A stretch of DNA of 64,000 bases from a bacterium (GTDB taxonomy: Bacteria; Patescibacteriota; Minisyncoccia; Phycocordibacterales; UBA12088), in assembly GCA_003252295.1 (NCBI GenBank), contig QKEV01000003.1, positions 701 to 64,700 on the forward strand, in the 5' to 3' direction. Under the pieces are notes generated by a model. It saw nothing but the letters and a program-made list of their open reading frames with translations. It searched no databases and was not told where the DNA came from. How positions within the stretch are numbered: the stretch's first letter is position 1; each line of letters opens with the position of its first letter. A program made the translations under genes and the position numbers. This document shows, one piece after another, positions 42,488 to 52,403 of the stretch.

Positions 42488-43690
42488 ATGAAGAAAAACA
42501 TATTACTACCAATTGCTTTCGCGTTGCTTGCATTCTTCTTCGCTCCAAGTGAGACCGTACTTGCAACAGATATGTGCCTTAATAATATTGCGACATACAA
42601 CGCTGCATGTTGGACATGGGCTACAACTGGGTATTGGGATACAACCAGTACAGTATGTACCTGGACATGTGGGTACCCACTTTCGATTTGTACGAGAATT
42701 TCAGACGACTACCAAAGGTTTTGCCACAACACACCTTCAACATGTGAATCTATTTATCCAGGATTTACTTGTGGTCTATACTCTTCTCTCTGTCGTGATG
42801 ATTGTGGTAATGTAGATTGTGAAAACTCAGGTCGTTCTACCGGTGACACGCATATTGAAACAACATCAGTGTGGGTTACAGGTACAACGTATACATGTCA
42901 CTACTGGAAATGGGATGGAGGATTTGGTACTTGTGATGCTGCTGCTCAGAAGCAACCACGAACAGGGTACTGGACCTCAGTTGCTGGTCAGTCATGTAGT
43001 GATCAATTTGGGTATAGGTATTGCTGTGGTACACCGTCAGCAACCCTTTCGATTACAGAAAATCCTGTTACAGCAGAGTCACCTTTTGACATAGACTGGA
43101 CATTCAATGACACAGACTATAACAATCCAAATGGGTACGATTGTACCATTTACAACACGGGTGGCTACGATTTGAATTTGAACCCACCTTCACCATTGCC
43201 GGATTCATTTGTCCCTGGTGCTGGTAATGGTGGTACGGTGCAGGGTCTTATCAACTACCCTGGTCCATATCCTGGGTATCCACATGTGTACGAAATTAGC
43301 TGCACAAATCCACAGATTGCATGCCCTACCTATGCTACTCAGACGAGTACTACAGTTACCCCACTTCCGCTTGAAGCTCACATTATCTTTTCACAGGAAC
43401 CTGCAGCACCTACTACCACAGTGCAGATAACTGCTGATGTTCGTTATGGTGCACCATACATGACAACTGATGGAGCACCAGAAAATGATAACTACATGAT
43501 TTCTTGGTCTTCATCACCATCAATCCTTACTCTCGGTCCTGGTTGGTACTCACCAACACTCAAAAGCATATCACGACGCATTGGTGTAGTTGGACTCTAC
43601 GAGTTCACACTTACTGCTAGAGATAAATGGAACAATAGTACCACGACATCTAAGACGCTTGAGGTTGTTGATTACAGAGATCAGCAGTAG
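42488..43690 (+). CDS. secreted cysteine-rich protein of unknown function
   Basis: Signal peptide (MKKNILLPIAFALLAFFFAPSETVLA). ~30 Cys in the first 230 aa, W/Y/G-rich, with a Thr/Pro-rich beta-like C-terminal half. Confidence 0.55.
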   Translation: MKKNILLPIAFALLAFFFAPSETVLATDMCLNNIATYNAACWTWATTGYWDTTSTVCTWTCGYPLSICTRISDDYQRFCHNTPSTCESIYPGFTCGLYSSLCRDDCGNVDCENSGRSTGDTHIETTSVWVTGTTYTCHYWKWDGGFGTCDAAAQKQPRTGYWTSVAGQSCSDQFGYRYCCGTPSATLSITENPVTAESPFDIDWTFNDTDYNNPNGYDCTIYNTGGYDLNLNPPSPLPDSFVPGAGNGGTVQGLINYPGPYPGYPHVYEISCTNPQIACPTYATQTSTTVTPLPLEAHIIFSQEPAAPTTTVQITADVRYGAPYMTTDGAPENDNYMISWSSSPSILTLGPGWYSPTLKSISRRIGVVGLYEFTLTARDKWNNSTTTSKTLEVVDYRDQQ

Positions 43691-43823
43691 GAAAAGTAAA
43701 AAATCAATGAGTAGAAACAAGCTGGGTTATCCCAGCTTGTTTGTATTGACGAAGTTGTTTTATGTGGTATCCTTTGAAACTAGTTTATATTTGGGGTGGA
43801 ATGTAAAACAAAAGGGGGTAACT

Positions 43824-44228
43824 ATGACTTTAACAAGTGAAGAGAGGAAAGACCGTCTGCTTACCATAGTACAAGGAATGTTAAGTAGAGAGTTTCCTAC
43901 AGGAAGACCAACACGGTTGGGTTTGCATGAAGGTGTATCTGACGCAAAAGATATGGCAGATAGGGCAGTTGCCGATAGCGAAGTGCATCAGAATGCAGAA
44001 AACATCAAGAAGGGACAAGAACGTTACGACAGCCTTAAGTCTCTTGAAGCGAGGATAAGTAAGGGGGATCCAATCTACTGCAAAGAGTGCGATGAAGAGA
44101 TAGACCTGAAACGCTTTGAGGCGTACCCATTCAACCAGTTTTGTGTCGATTGCCAGGAAGTAAATGAGGCAAGAGATGGTGTCCCGCGCAAAACAGGTGG
44201 TTACGCGTTTTTGCCCGCTCGAGCGTAG
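43824..44228 (+). CDS. DksA/TraR family C4-type zinc-finger protein
   Basis: Coiled-coil N-terminus and C-terminal CKECDEEIDLKRFEAYPFNQFCVDCQ. Confidence 0.7.
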   Translation: MTLTSEERKDRLLTIVQGMLSREFPTGRPTRLGLHEGVSDAKDMADRAVADSEVHQNAENIKKGQERYDSLKSLEARISKGDPIYCKECDEEIDLKRFEAYPFNQFCVDCQEVNEARDGVPRKTGGYAFLPARA

Positions 44229-44256
44229 CTGAAATAGCATAGCACTCCAAATAGAT

Positions 44257-44287
44257 GACCGGCGACTTTGTGCGCCGGTCTTTTTTC
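44257..44287 (+). terminator. intrinsic terminator
   Basis: GACCGGCGactttgtGCGCCGGTCttttttcc. Confidence 0.8.
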
Positions 44288-44316
44288 CGCTTATTTATAA
44301 GGTATACTTGAGGTGT

Positions 44317-44850
44317 ATGTTCTACACAGGAAAAGGAGATGCAGGGGACACGAGTCTATTTGGAAGCAGTGAGCGTGTGTACAAAGACAGTGCGGTATGT
44401 GAAGCACTCGGCTCACTTGATGAACTCAATTCCTTCATAGGGTTCATTAAGAATGAGATCACTGACCTCAATGGTTTTGAACTTCGGGATGTTCTTGGAA
44501 CAGTGCAGCACAGTCTCTTTGCTATTCAAGGCGAGATTGCTGGTGCTGCAGTGCGGGTGACAGAGGAACGGGTAATAGAGCTTGAGGAGATCATTAATAG
44601 TATTGAAAAAACAGTGAGCCCTATCCACTCATTTGTTGTTCCTGGCACCACGAGAGTGTCAGCAGAGTTTGATCTCCTTCGTACCATGGTGCGCAAGGTT
44701 GAGCGACGTATCGTAACATTACAGCGATCCGGTGATGCAGCCATCTCTGACACGACACTCTCATACATAAACCGACTCTCATCGTTTTTTTATGCACTTG
44801 CGCGACTTGCAGAAGAAGGAAACGAACGAGAAGCTCCTTCGTACGAGTAA
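44317..44850 (+). CDS. ATP:cob(I)alamin adenosyltransferase, PduO-type family protein
   Basis: MFYTGKGDAGDTSLFGSSERVYKD...GSLDELNSFIGF matches the PduO/MMAB N-terminal signature. Confidence 0.75.
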   Translation: MFYTGKGDAGDTSLFGSSERVYKDSAVCEALGSLDELNSFIGFIKNEITDLNGFELRDVLGTVQHSLFAIQGEIAGAAVRVTEERVIELEEIINSIEKTVSPIHSFVVPGTTRVSAEFDLLRTMVRKVERRIVTLQRSGDAAISDTTLSYINRLSSFFYALARLAEEGNEREAPSYE

Positions 44851-44853
44851 GTA

Positions 44854-45156
44854 TTACTCTGCTGGAGTAATCATATCTGAGGTACTCGCAGTACTGCTAG
44901 CGGTCTCTGTTGAAGTTGTAGCTGTTGGTTCAGGTGTGCGTGGAAGAGAACCTTTTGGGCGAACTCCTGCTCCTGGAACAGCGTTTGGTGCTACTTGGGA
45001 GCTTGATTGTTCAATATTGTCGATACGTTCTAGTTCTTCAGCAGTAGGTGGGTTATAGGGAATTTCACTTTTTGTTTCTCTTACAAAAAAGTACCAGCTA
45101 AGCACACCTCCAAGGAGTAGTACAAGTAGTAATGTAATCAGATATTTTATATTCAT
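44854..45156 (-). CDS. hypothetical small membrane-anchored Pro/Thr/Ser-rich protein
   Basis: Start at MNIKYLITLLLVLLLGGVLSWYF with one TM and a low-complexity tail. Confidence 0.4.
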   Translation of the reverse strand: MNIKYLITLLLVLLLGGVLSWYFFVRETKSEIPYNPPTAEELERIDNIEQSSSQVAPNAVPGAGVRPKGSLPRTPEPTATTSTETASSTASTSDMITPAE

Positions 45157-45280
45157 GGGTAAAGTATAGCGTGAAGGACAGTAACTCACAAACACTCGAT
45201 TTTTTACTATATTTGTGTAGTATGTGACCTAGGTGAAGTTGAGTACTAATACTAGTAACTACGTATTTAAGGAGAATGCA

Positions 45281-46240
45281 ATGAAAGGAAAACGGGTAGG
45301 TATTATCGGCAGAGGAAAAATTGGTTCTTCTTTGTATGAAAAATTTACAGGTTTAGGAGCTACTATTGCTTTTTATTATGGTAGAAGTGAAGAAGTATTA
45401 TTTGCTTCCACACTACGCGAAAACGGAATAGACGGGGTATTTCTTGCTATTCCTACTACTGATAAGGGGATATCTGCGGCTCGCTACATTGAAACGAGTG
45501 TTAATGCCGGTATTCCTATTTTTACCTGCGAGAAGGGTGCGCTTGCTTACCATGCTCACAAGTTTAAAAAGAGACTTCCTGAATTTGGTTACTCTGCTGC
45601 GGTAGGTGGTGGTACCATGATATTGCCATACCTTACACAGAGAATGCGTGGAGGTAAACAAGAAGTGACTATTCGTGGTGTTATGAACGGTACACTGAAC
45701 TATATATTTGATCAGGTATCGCGTGGTGTGACGCTTGGTGCAGCTAGTTCTGAAGCTGAACGCCTTGGATTTGCGGAACCCGGAGCAACTAATGTGTTGA
45801 GTCTGATAAATGGTGAGCTTGCGGATGTATCCATGAAAGCTTGTGTTTTGCACAACGTTGCACTTTCGCATGAAGAGGTTATTACACCAGATGTACTCGA
45901 CACTTCTTACTTGAGCGATGAAGAACTTGAGGCGATTGGCGAGCCGGGCAGTGGTTATCGGTTAGTTATTTCATTTACTAAAAGACTCAAAAAAGAAGAT
46001 AGTGATGCGATACATGTTTTCTCTCATGCTACAGGAGAGGGGTGGTACATCCAAGGTCAATTTGTGCGAGCAAACGGTTCAAGTAGGTATGCTTGGTTAC
46101 CCGTTGGTGTCGAGAACGTTCTTGTTGTAGAGGAAGGGAAACTTGGTATCGACGGAAGGTACCGACTCTATGGAGATGGTGCTGGTGCTGGTCCAACAAC
46201 GAGTGCAATGATCAACGAATTTGCTTCATGGAAGAAGTAG
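45281..46240 (+). CDS. hom: homoserine dehydrogenase (short form, no ACT domain)
   Basis: NAD-binding VGIIGRGKIGSS, catalytic region VMNGTLNYIF, and C-terminal LYGDGAGAGPTTSAMINE. Confidence 0.75.
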   Translation: MKGKRVGIIGRGKIGSSLYEKFTGLGATIAFYYGRSEEVLFASTLRENGIDGVFLAIPTTDKGISAARYIETSVNAGIPIFTCEKGALAYHAHKFKKRLPEFGYSAAVGGGTMILPYLTQRMRGGKQEVTIRGVMNGTLNYIFDQVSRGVTLGAASSEAERLGFAEPGATNVLSLINGELADVSMKACVLHNVALSHEEVITPDVLDTSYLSDEELEAIGEPGSGYRLVISFTKRLKKEDSDAIHVFSHATGEGWYIQGQFVRANGSSRYAWLPVGVENVLVVEEGKLGIDGRYRLYGDGAGAGPTTSAMINEFASWKK

Positions 46241-46287
46241 AGGTGTTTGAATTTATAGCCTTACAAGGTCCCATACTGTGGGACCTT

Positions 46288-46941
46288 TTAGTGTGCCACA
46301 GCAACACAAAGCACATTTTTTGCACCTGCTTGCACGAGTACTCTTTTGGCGCTCTGTAGTGTTGCACCGGTTGTAACAACATCATCAAGTAGAATAATGT
46401 CCATACCCTTAATATTTTTTGTAACTGTAAATGCCTGGTGCATATTTTTTACACGAGCAGTTTTACTTTTTTGATGTGCCTGTGACGGGGTGTTTTTTAT
46501 ACGTATGAGTGTACTGGTATCTAAAGTAACGTTTTTGCTTTCCATGGCATTAATAAGTGCTTGAGCAATACGTTCTACCTGATTGTAACCACGCTCACGA
46601 TACTTTTTTCTGTGAAGTGGTATAGGTATGAGTACTGGTTTTAGATACTCCTCATACATGTTTTTCTCGGCGATTTCTTCGGAAAGGAATGGAGCGAGTG
46701 CTTGACCGAGTACAACTGGGGCATGTATGTAGCCATAGTACTTGGCAGTACGTATGAGCGTGTATACGTAACGATGTTTGTAAGGGAAGGGTGCAAAAAA
46801 AGATGGCTGTGTGTCAGTAAAGGTTCTGTTTACTAGTTGCTGCAAGTGTGCACTCTTTATTTGTTTACATAGGAGTAGTTGTTCATCTTTAGGGAAAATG
46901 AGTTCATATAATGAAAGGAGTAGGGAGAATAGCTTGTCCAT
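46288..46941 (-). CDS. ComF-family phosphoribosyltransferase-domain protein
   Basis: C-terminal PRTase motif MDIILLDDVVTTGATLQSAKRVLVQAGAKNV. The N-terminus has no Cys zinc finger. Confidence 0.6.
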   Translation of the reverse strand: MDKLFSLLLSLYELIFPKDEQLLLCKQIKSAHLQQLVNRTFTDTQPSFFAPFPYKHRYVYTLIRTAKYYGYIHAPVVLGQALAPFLSEEIAEKNMYEEYLKPVLIPIPLHRKKYRERGYNQVERIAQALINAMESKNVTLDTSTLIRIKNTPSQAHQKSKTARVKNMHQAFTVTKNIKGMDIILLDDVVTTGATLQSAKRVLVQAGAKNVLCVAVAH

Positions 46942-47004
46942 GTAAAAAGTCTATCTTTACTCAGGTGGTATGCGCTATACTAAAGTACACACAAGAAACA
47001 GGAT

Positions 47005-48159
47005 ATGGATCTATCGTTTTTGGATCAGGCGAAAAAAATGTTCGAAAAAAAGGTTCTCTCACGCGGTGTTGAGAGTGTTTTGGGTATCGACATTGGTTCA
47101 TCTGCAATAAAATTAGTGCAGTTAAAAAGTAGTCAAGGAACAGCTACGCTTGAGACGTACGGTGAGATATCACTTGGTCCCTATGCAGAGAAGGAGGTGG
47201 GACAGGCAACCAACTTGCCACCTGAAAAGCTTGCAGAAGCTCTGAAAACACTCATTACCGAGGCCAATGTTACCACTGATGTTTGTGGTGTATCAGTTCC
47301 TTTTGCCTCAAGTTTAGTGAAACTCATTGAGGTCCCTCCACTTGATCTGAAAAAACTTCAGACAGTAGTACCAATTGAAGCAAGAAAGTACATACCAGTA
47401 CCTATTTCTGAAGTGCAGCTCGATTACTTTATTATTCCTGAGACCGAACAGAAGCTATTTCTTGGTGCGAAAAATATCAATGATGCGGAAGGTCAAGAGC
47501 TCAAGAATCGAATGGTGCTCATTGTGGCAATGCATAATGATATTTTGAGGAGGTATACAGAAACCATTAAGGTAGCAGGGTTAAATGCCGAGTTCTTTGA
47601 GATCGAGGTATTTTCAAATATACGCTCTACTGTTGCTCATAGTCTAGCACCAGTCGCAATAATTGACCTTGGTGCAACAACAAGCAAACTATACCTTGTC
47701 GAACTTGGTATCGTGCTTGCATCCCATGTCATCCCTGTTGGTTCTCAAGACATTACAAAGTCACTTGCAAAGAGTACACATATGACCATGGCAAAGGCAG
47801 AGGAGATCAAACGGCAGGCAGGTATACTTTCAGGGGTTGAGAATGGGGATGCTGCGCGCGTGTCACATGCAGCAACGCTTACCATGGAGCAGATCTTTGC
47901 TGAGGCGCGTAGGGTGCTACTTGGTTTTCAACGTAAGTACAACAAAGTCATCACTAAGGTGATCCTGACTGGAGGTGGTGCAACCCTCAAAGGGCTTCCT
48001 GAGTTTGCACGGCAGCAACTTGAGCTTGAGATCGAGGTGGCAAATCCTTTCCTGCATGTTCAGGCACCTTCCTTTTTACAGGACACATTGGAACAAGCGG
48101 GACCTGACTTTGCTGTGTCTGTTGGTCTTGCGCTCCGTGTTTTACATGATAGTAGGTAA
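47005..48159 (+). CDS. pilM: type IV pilus assembly protein PilM (actin-like ATPase fold)
   Basis: VLGIDIGSSAIKLVQL..., an FtsA/PilM-like fold, and its position ahead of pilNOP. Confidence 0.85.
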   Translation: MDLSFLDQAKKMFEKKVLSRGVESVLGIDIGSSAIKLVQLKSSQGTATLETYGEISLGPYAEKEVGQATNLPPEKLAEALKTLITEANVTTDVCGVSVPFASSLVKLIEVPPLDLKKLQTVVPIEARKYIPVPISEVQLDYFIIPETEQKLFLGAKNINDAEGQELKNRMVLIVAMHNDILRRYTETIKVAGLNAEFFEIEVFSNIRSTVAHSLAPVAIIDLGATTSKLYLVELGIVLASHVIPVGSQDITKSLAKSTHMTMAKAEEIKRQAGILSGVENGDAARVSHAATLTMEQIFAEARRVLLGFQRKYNKVITKVILTGGGATLKGLPEFARQQLELEIEVANPFLHVQAPSFLQDTLEQAGPDFAVSVGLALRVLHDSR

Positions 48160-48251
48160 TGTAGTGGATAAACCTTCCATGAAAATGGAGGTAGTGTGGG
48201 TATAATAGCAAGTGTGAGACTGTAGTAAGTTCATTAACGTACAACACTAGT

Positions 48252-49085
48252 ATGGATTCGAAATTTAATACTTCGTTCATTCCCAAAAAATCATTACAGG
48301 CGGATACTGGATCATCGTCTGGTGATAAGTACGTTAGCAGAAGAACTACTCACTATGGTCCAGGTTTTTTTCTCACCTTTCTCATTTTTGTAGCAAGTGT
48401 CGTTGCCTCTATAGGTGTTTTCGGCTACACCACTATTGTTAACAAGCAGATTGATGAGTACAAAAAAACACTCGATGAACAGCAAAACAAGTTTGATTCA
48501 GCTGTTGTGGATGAGTTGATACGTGCAGAAAGCAGGATAGAGAACGCAAAAGACCTAGTGGTAAACCATACCATATTGACTCAGTTGCTTAGTAAACTTG
48601 AAGCAATAACACTACGTAGAATTCAATACACCGAATTAACTTATGTAGATGAAACTGATGCACAACCGTTATTAACCCTCTTGGGTATTGCAGAGAGTTA
48701 TAAGAGTGTTGCGCAACAGACAACTGTATTTCGAAATGATAATCTGATCCATAATCCTATTATGGTGGAGCTTGAGAAGAGTAATGATACAGATGATGTC
48801 ACCTTTGCTCTCGAGGCAAGTGTTGATGAGAAACTCATTTCATTTTCTGCTACGCTTGCTGAGGATCGATTTGGCAGGAATGCTTTTGTGAATGGTGCCA
48901 ATACATCAACATCAGTCAACGCTAGTGGTGCTACAACGGTTAATACTGGTAATACAACAGTTACGACTGGTAATGGTAATACTTCTGTTACAACTGACAA
49001 TGCTACTGTTGACGTTACTGGTAATGGTGCAAACGTTATTGTTAACGATGGAGCAACAGAAACAGTTGTTAATACTTCAAATTAG
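48252..49085 (+). CDS. pilN: PilN-like bitopic protein with Thr/Asn/Gly-rich repetitive C-terminal tail
   Basis: Single TM (FFLTFLIFVASVVASIGVFGY), a coiled coil, and the TTVNTGNTTVTTGNGNTSVTT tail. Confidence 0.6.
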   Translation: MDSKFNTSFIPKKSLQADTGSSSGDKYVSRRTTHYGPGFFLTFLIFVASVVASIGVFGYTTIVNKQIDEYKKTLDEQQNKFDSAVVDELIRAESRIENAKDLVVNHTILTQLLSKLEAITLRRIQYTELTYVDETDAQPLLTLLGIAESYKSVAQQTTVFRNDNLIHNPIMVELEKSNDTDDVTFALEASVDEKLISFSATLAEDRFGRNAFVNGANTSTSVNASGATTVNTGNTTVTTGNGNTSVTTDNATVDVTGNGANVIVNDGATETVVNTSN

Positions 49086-49087
49086 AT

Positions 49088-49684
49088 ATGTCTAGAGTTT
49101 TAGTTCCAGTTTTACTCATAATTGTTTCTGCAGGACTTCTTTTTTCTTATATAAAACCTGCGTACGAAAACTTACAGGAGTTTAAGTTCCAAGAAGCAGA
49201 ACTCGTGGAAGCTATCGAAGATGCTGAAAGGTTGATGGAGGGGTATCAGGGTCTCTTGCGCGACAAGAGTAGTATCTCTGAAGAGAATCAACGTGATTTG
49301 GAAAAGATACTCCCTGATGCTATTGACGTGGTGCAACTCATTGTTGATCTTGATGTACTGACACAAGAAAATAAACTTGAAATCAAATCTTTTGAAATAC
49401 CATACATTGACAGAGAAGCAGTAATGAGTGGTGCACAGCTTTCGAATAAGACAAGGAGTAACCAGAAGCAGGGAAATGGTCCAGTTGGTAGTGCTGTTCT
49501 TACTGTTGAGGTAACAGGAGACTATGATAACTTCAAGGCGTTTCTTCTTGATATAGAGAGAAGTGTTGCTTTGGTTGATGCCACACTGCTCGATATACAG
49601 GTTCCTAACGAGTTTAAACCTGGAACAGATAAAGATATTACCTACACTGTTGGTTTACAAGCGTATTGGTTAAAAGCTGAATAA
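49088..49684 (+). CDS. pilO: PilO-like bitopic protein
   Basis: N-terminal TM, a coiled coil and the pilO position. Confidence 0.6.
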   Translation: MSRVLVPVLLIIVSAGLLFSYIKPAYENLQEFKFQEAELVEAIEDAERLMEGYQGLLRDKSSISEENQRDLEKILPDAIDVVQLIVDLDVLTQENKLEIKSFEIPYIDREAVMSGAQLSNKTRSNQKQGNGPVGSAVLTVEVTGDYDNFKAFLLDIERSVALVDATLLDIQVPNEFKPGTDKDITYTVGLQAYWLKAE

Positions 49685-49689
49685 AATAT

Positions 49690-49989
49690 ATGTCTGGAAA
49701 CATCAAACATATCTTTGCACTCATTATACTCATTCTTGTAGCAGGGGGTTTCTACATGCTTGCTCAGAGTGACACGATGTTTAAAGGAAGTCAGCAACGT
49801 TCAGAGGAGATTGCAGCGGAAACTGCACGATTACAGCAAGAAGTTATTGCTCCGCTACGACGACTTACTGGAGTGACAATAGATACAAATTTTTTCTCGA
49901 GCAAAGAGTATACTGCACTTACCTACAAGGGGGAAAGTTTACCTGAACCGGTTGTACAGAGAAACAATCCATTCGAATCGTTACGATAG
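49690..49989 (+). CDS. PilP-like small anchored protein
   Basis: N-terminal TM and a C-terminal RNNPFESL motif. Occupies the pilP position. Confidence 0.4.
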   Translation: MSGNIKHIFALIILILVAGGFYMLAQSDTMFKGSQQRSEEIAAETARLQQEVIAPLRRLTGVTIDTNFFSSKEYTALTYKGESLPEPVVQRNNPFESLR

Positions 49990-50039
49990 TTAAGGGTTGT
50001 TACTCTTTGTTTGTTTATTAAGGTTAGAAGTATTGCTCT

Positions 50040-51941
50040 GTGTTTAATTTGCTACCATTACTTGAGAGAAAAGGAATCATCACCGAGAGTGATGTTATGG
50101 CTATCTCAGATGAGCTGCAAAGCGGTGAAAAGACACTTGAGGATCTTTTGAGAGACCGTGGTATCTCTGATGAGGACATACTTGCAACAAAAGGTGAGCA
50201 CTGGGATATTCCTGTTCGTTCCTTGCAGGATGATATTATTCCCTATGAGACACTGCAGTACATATCTGAAGAGTCTGCTAAACACTACCATGTACTTCCT
50301 CTTGCACTCATAGATAATGTTCTTGAGGTTGGTATTGTCGACCCTGATAATATTGATGCTCTTGATGCACTTAACTTCATTTCAACAAAACAAGGTGTTC
50401 CGTTTAAGGTGTTTCTCATAAGCGAACGTGATTACAAGAGGGGGTTAGAGATGTATAGTGGACTCTCGAGTCAGGTGAGCAGGGCACTTACTAAACTTGA
50501 AGAAGATGAGTCAGCAAAAGAAACTGGTTCAGTAGCGCGTGTAGGTCAAGAAAGGGAAACACAGAATTTGGATGATCTTGAGGAAACAGTGCAAGCAGCT
50601 GAGAATAAGGGAGGTAATACAGATATTCGTGAGGAGGCTCCAGTAACAAAAATTGTTGCCACCATTTTAAGGAGTGCAATTGATGCACGTACTTCTGATA
50701 TTCATATAGAACCAGAGTATGAGGAAACGAGGGTGCGTTTTCGAGTTGACGGTGTACTCAACAAGTCACTGGTGCTGCCTGCAAAAGTGCAGAGTGCTGT
50801 CATAGCACGTGTAAAGATCCTTGCTGGTATTAAACTTGATGAGAAACGTAAACCTCAAGATGGACGTTTTTCTGCAACAATAAACGGTAGACGGGTAGAT
50901 TTTCGTGTTTCTACCATGCCTGTGTACTACGGTGAAAAGGCAGTGCTTCGTATTCTTGATAGTGAACGAAGTAGTGTGACCCTTGAAGATCTCGGTATGA
51001 GTGAGGGACAACTGGCATACGTGAAGCGTGCTGTTGCTGCACCGTATGGCATGATCCTCATAACAGGTCCAACAGGTTCTGGTAAATCAACAACACTCTA
51101 TGCAATGCTCAATGAGGTAGATAGAGACAAGAAAAATGTACTCTCGCTTGAAGATCCTGTTGAGTACAACATTAAAGGGGTGAGTCAGTCACAAATGCGA
51201 CCTGAGATTGGATACACCTTTGCGGCCGGTATACGAAGTGTTTTGCGACAGGATCCAGACATCATCATGGTTGGTGAGATTCGTGATAAAGAAACAGCTC
51301 AGCTTGCTGTGCAGGCAGCTCTTACTGGACACTTAGTACTCTCAACACTGCATACCAATAATGCTGCAGGCGCAGTGCCACGTTTGGTAGATATGGGTGT
51401 TGATCCGTATCTTCTCGCTCCAACACTAGACCTTATTGTTGCTCAACGTTTGGTGCGTCGTATTTGTCCTGATTCAGGCAAGAAGATTCCGATTGAAGGT
51501 CAGATAAGGAGGATGATAGATAATGATTTTGCTGATCTTCCAGAAAAATATAAAAAAGAACTTCTCCCAGACGCAAAGGAGGTTTTGGCAATTCAACCAT
51601 CGAGTAACTGTCCAACAGGAACACGCGGACGGCTTGGTGTGTATGAGATGTTAGAAATTAACGAAGAGATACGGGCAGCCATACTTGATGGTGGTGAAGA
51701 GGAGAAGGTGTTTGGTATTGCACGTAAAAATGGAATGATAACACTCAAGGAGGATACTATTGTTAAATCTATGAAAAAACTCATACCGTGGGAGGAAGTT
51801 GCTCAGATCGGAGGACTTATGGATATTGAAGCAGAGTTTGGCATTGGTGAAGAAAAGGAAGAGGTTGAGGAGAAACAGCAAGACGAGGATGAAGCTAAAG
51901 GTAAGGATAACCTTGAGACAAATGAGCTAGACTTAGTATAA
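50040..51941 (+). CDS. pilB: type IV pilus assembly ATPase PilB (GspE family) with acidic C-terminal extension
   Basis: N-terminal GSPII_E_N domain. Walker A GPTGSGKSTTL, Asp box, His box HLVLSTLHTN and tetracysteine CPDSG...CPTG. Confidence 0.92.
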   Translation: MFNLLPLLERKGIITESDVMAISDELQSGEKTLEDLLRDRGISDEDILATKGEHWDIPVRSLQDDIIPYETLQYISEESAKHYHVLPLALIDNVLEVGIVDPDNIDALDALNFISTKQGVPFKVFLISERDYKRGLEMYSGLSSQVSRALTKLEEDESAKETGSVARVGQERETQNLDDLEETVQAAENKGGNTDIREEAPVTKIVATILRSAIDARTSDIHIEPEYEETRVRFRVDGVLNKSLVLPAKVQSAVIARVKILAGIKLDEKRKPQDGRFSATINGRRVDFRVSTMPVYYGEKAVLRILDSERSSVTLEDLGMSEGQLAYVKRAVAAPYGMILITGPTGSGKSTTLYAMLNEVDRDKKNVLSLEDPVEYNIKGVSQSQMRPEIGYTFAAGIRSVLRQDPDIIMVGEIRDKETAQLAVQAALTGHLVLSTLHTNNAAGAVPRLVDMGVDPYLLAPTLDLIVAQRLVRRICPDSGKKIPIEGQIRRMIDNDFADLPEKYKKELLPDAKEVLAIQPSSNCPTGTRGRLGVYEMLEINEEIRAAILDGGEEEKVFGIARKNGMITLKEDTIVKSMKKLIPWEEVAQIGGLMDIEAEFGIGEEKEEVEEKQQDEDEAKGKDNLETNELDLV

Positions 51942-51949
51942 TAGGGTAT

Positions 51950-52348
51950 ATGACAGAGAACAAAACAAAAAAAATATGCATAGTCGATGACGATCCATTT
52001 CTCCTCGATATGTACAATCTCAAGTTTCAACAGTCAGGGTATGATGTCACCTGTTTTACTGACAGTACACAAGCGGTTGAAGCAATGCACACTGGCGGTA
52101 GTTTTGATGCTGTATTGCTTGACTTAGTAATGCCGAAGATCGATGGTTTTGAGGTTTTAAAAACGATTCGAGAAGAGAACCTCTGTGGTGATAAAGTTGC
52201 CGTTATTATTTTGAGCAACCAGGGACAGGAGAAGGATATTGCTCGTGCTGAGGAGTTTGGTATAGATGGATATCTCATTAAAGCAAATACACTTCCTTCT
52301 GAGGTCCTTGAGTACGTTGAAGGATTGCTTAACAAGAAAGCACAGTAG
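51950..52348 (+). CDS. single-domain response regulator (CheY/PilH-like receiver)
   Basis: KICIVDDDPFLLDMY...LLDLVMPKIDGFEVL...DGYLIK with conserved D, D, T and K positions. Confidence 0.8.
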   Translation: MTENKTKKICIVDDDPFLLDMYNLKFQQSGYDVTCFTDSTQAVEAMHTGGSFDAVLLDLVMPKIDGFEVLKTIREENLCGDKVAVIILSNQGQEKDIARAEEFGIDGYLIKANTLPSEVLEYVEGLLNKKAQ

Positions 52349-52403
52349 GTAGTGGAGTGGGTGGGAATGTTCCTGCTCTTTATATAAAAAAGTACCTTTT
52401 AGT

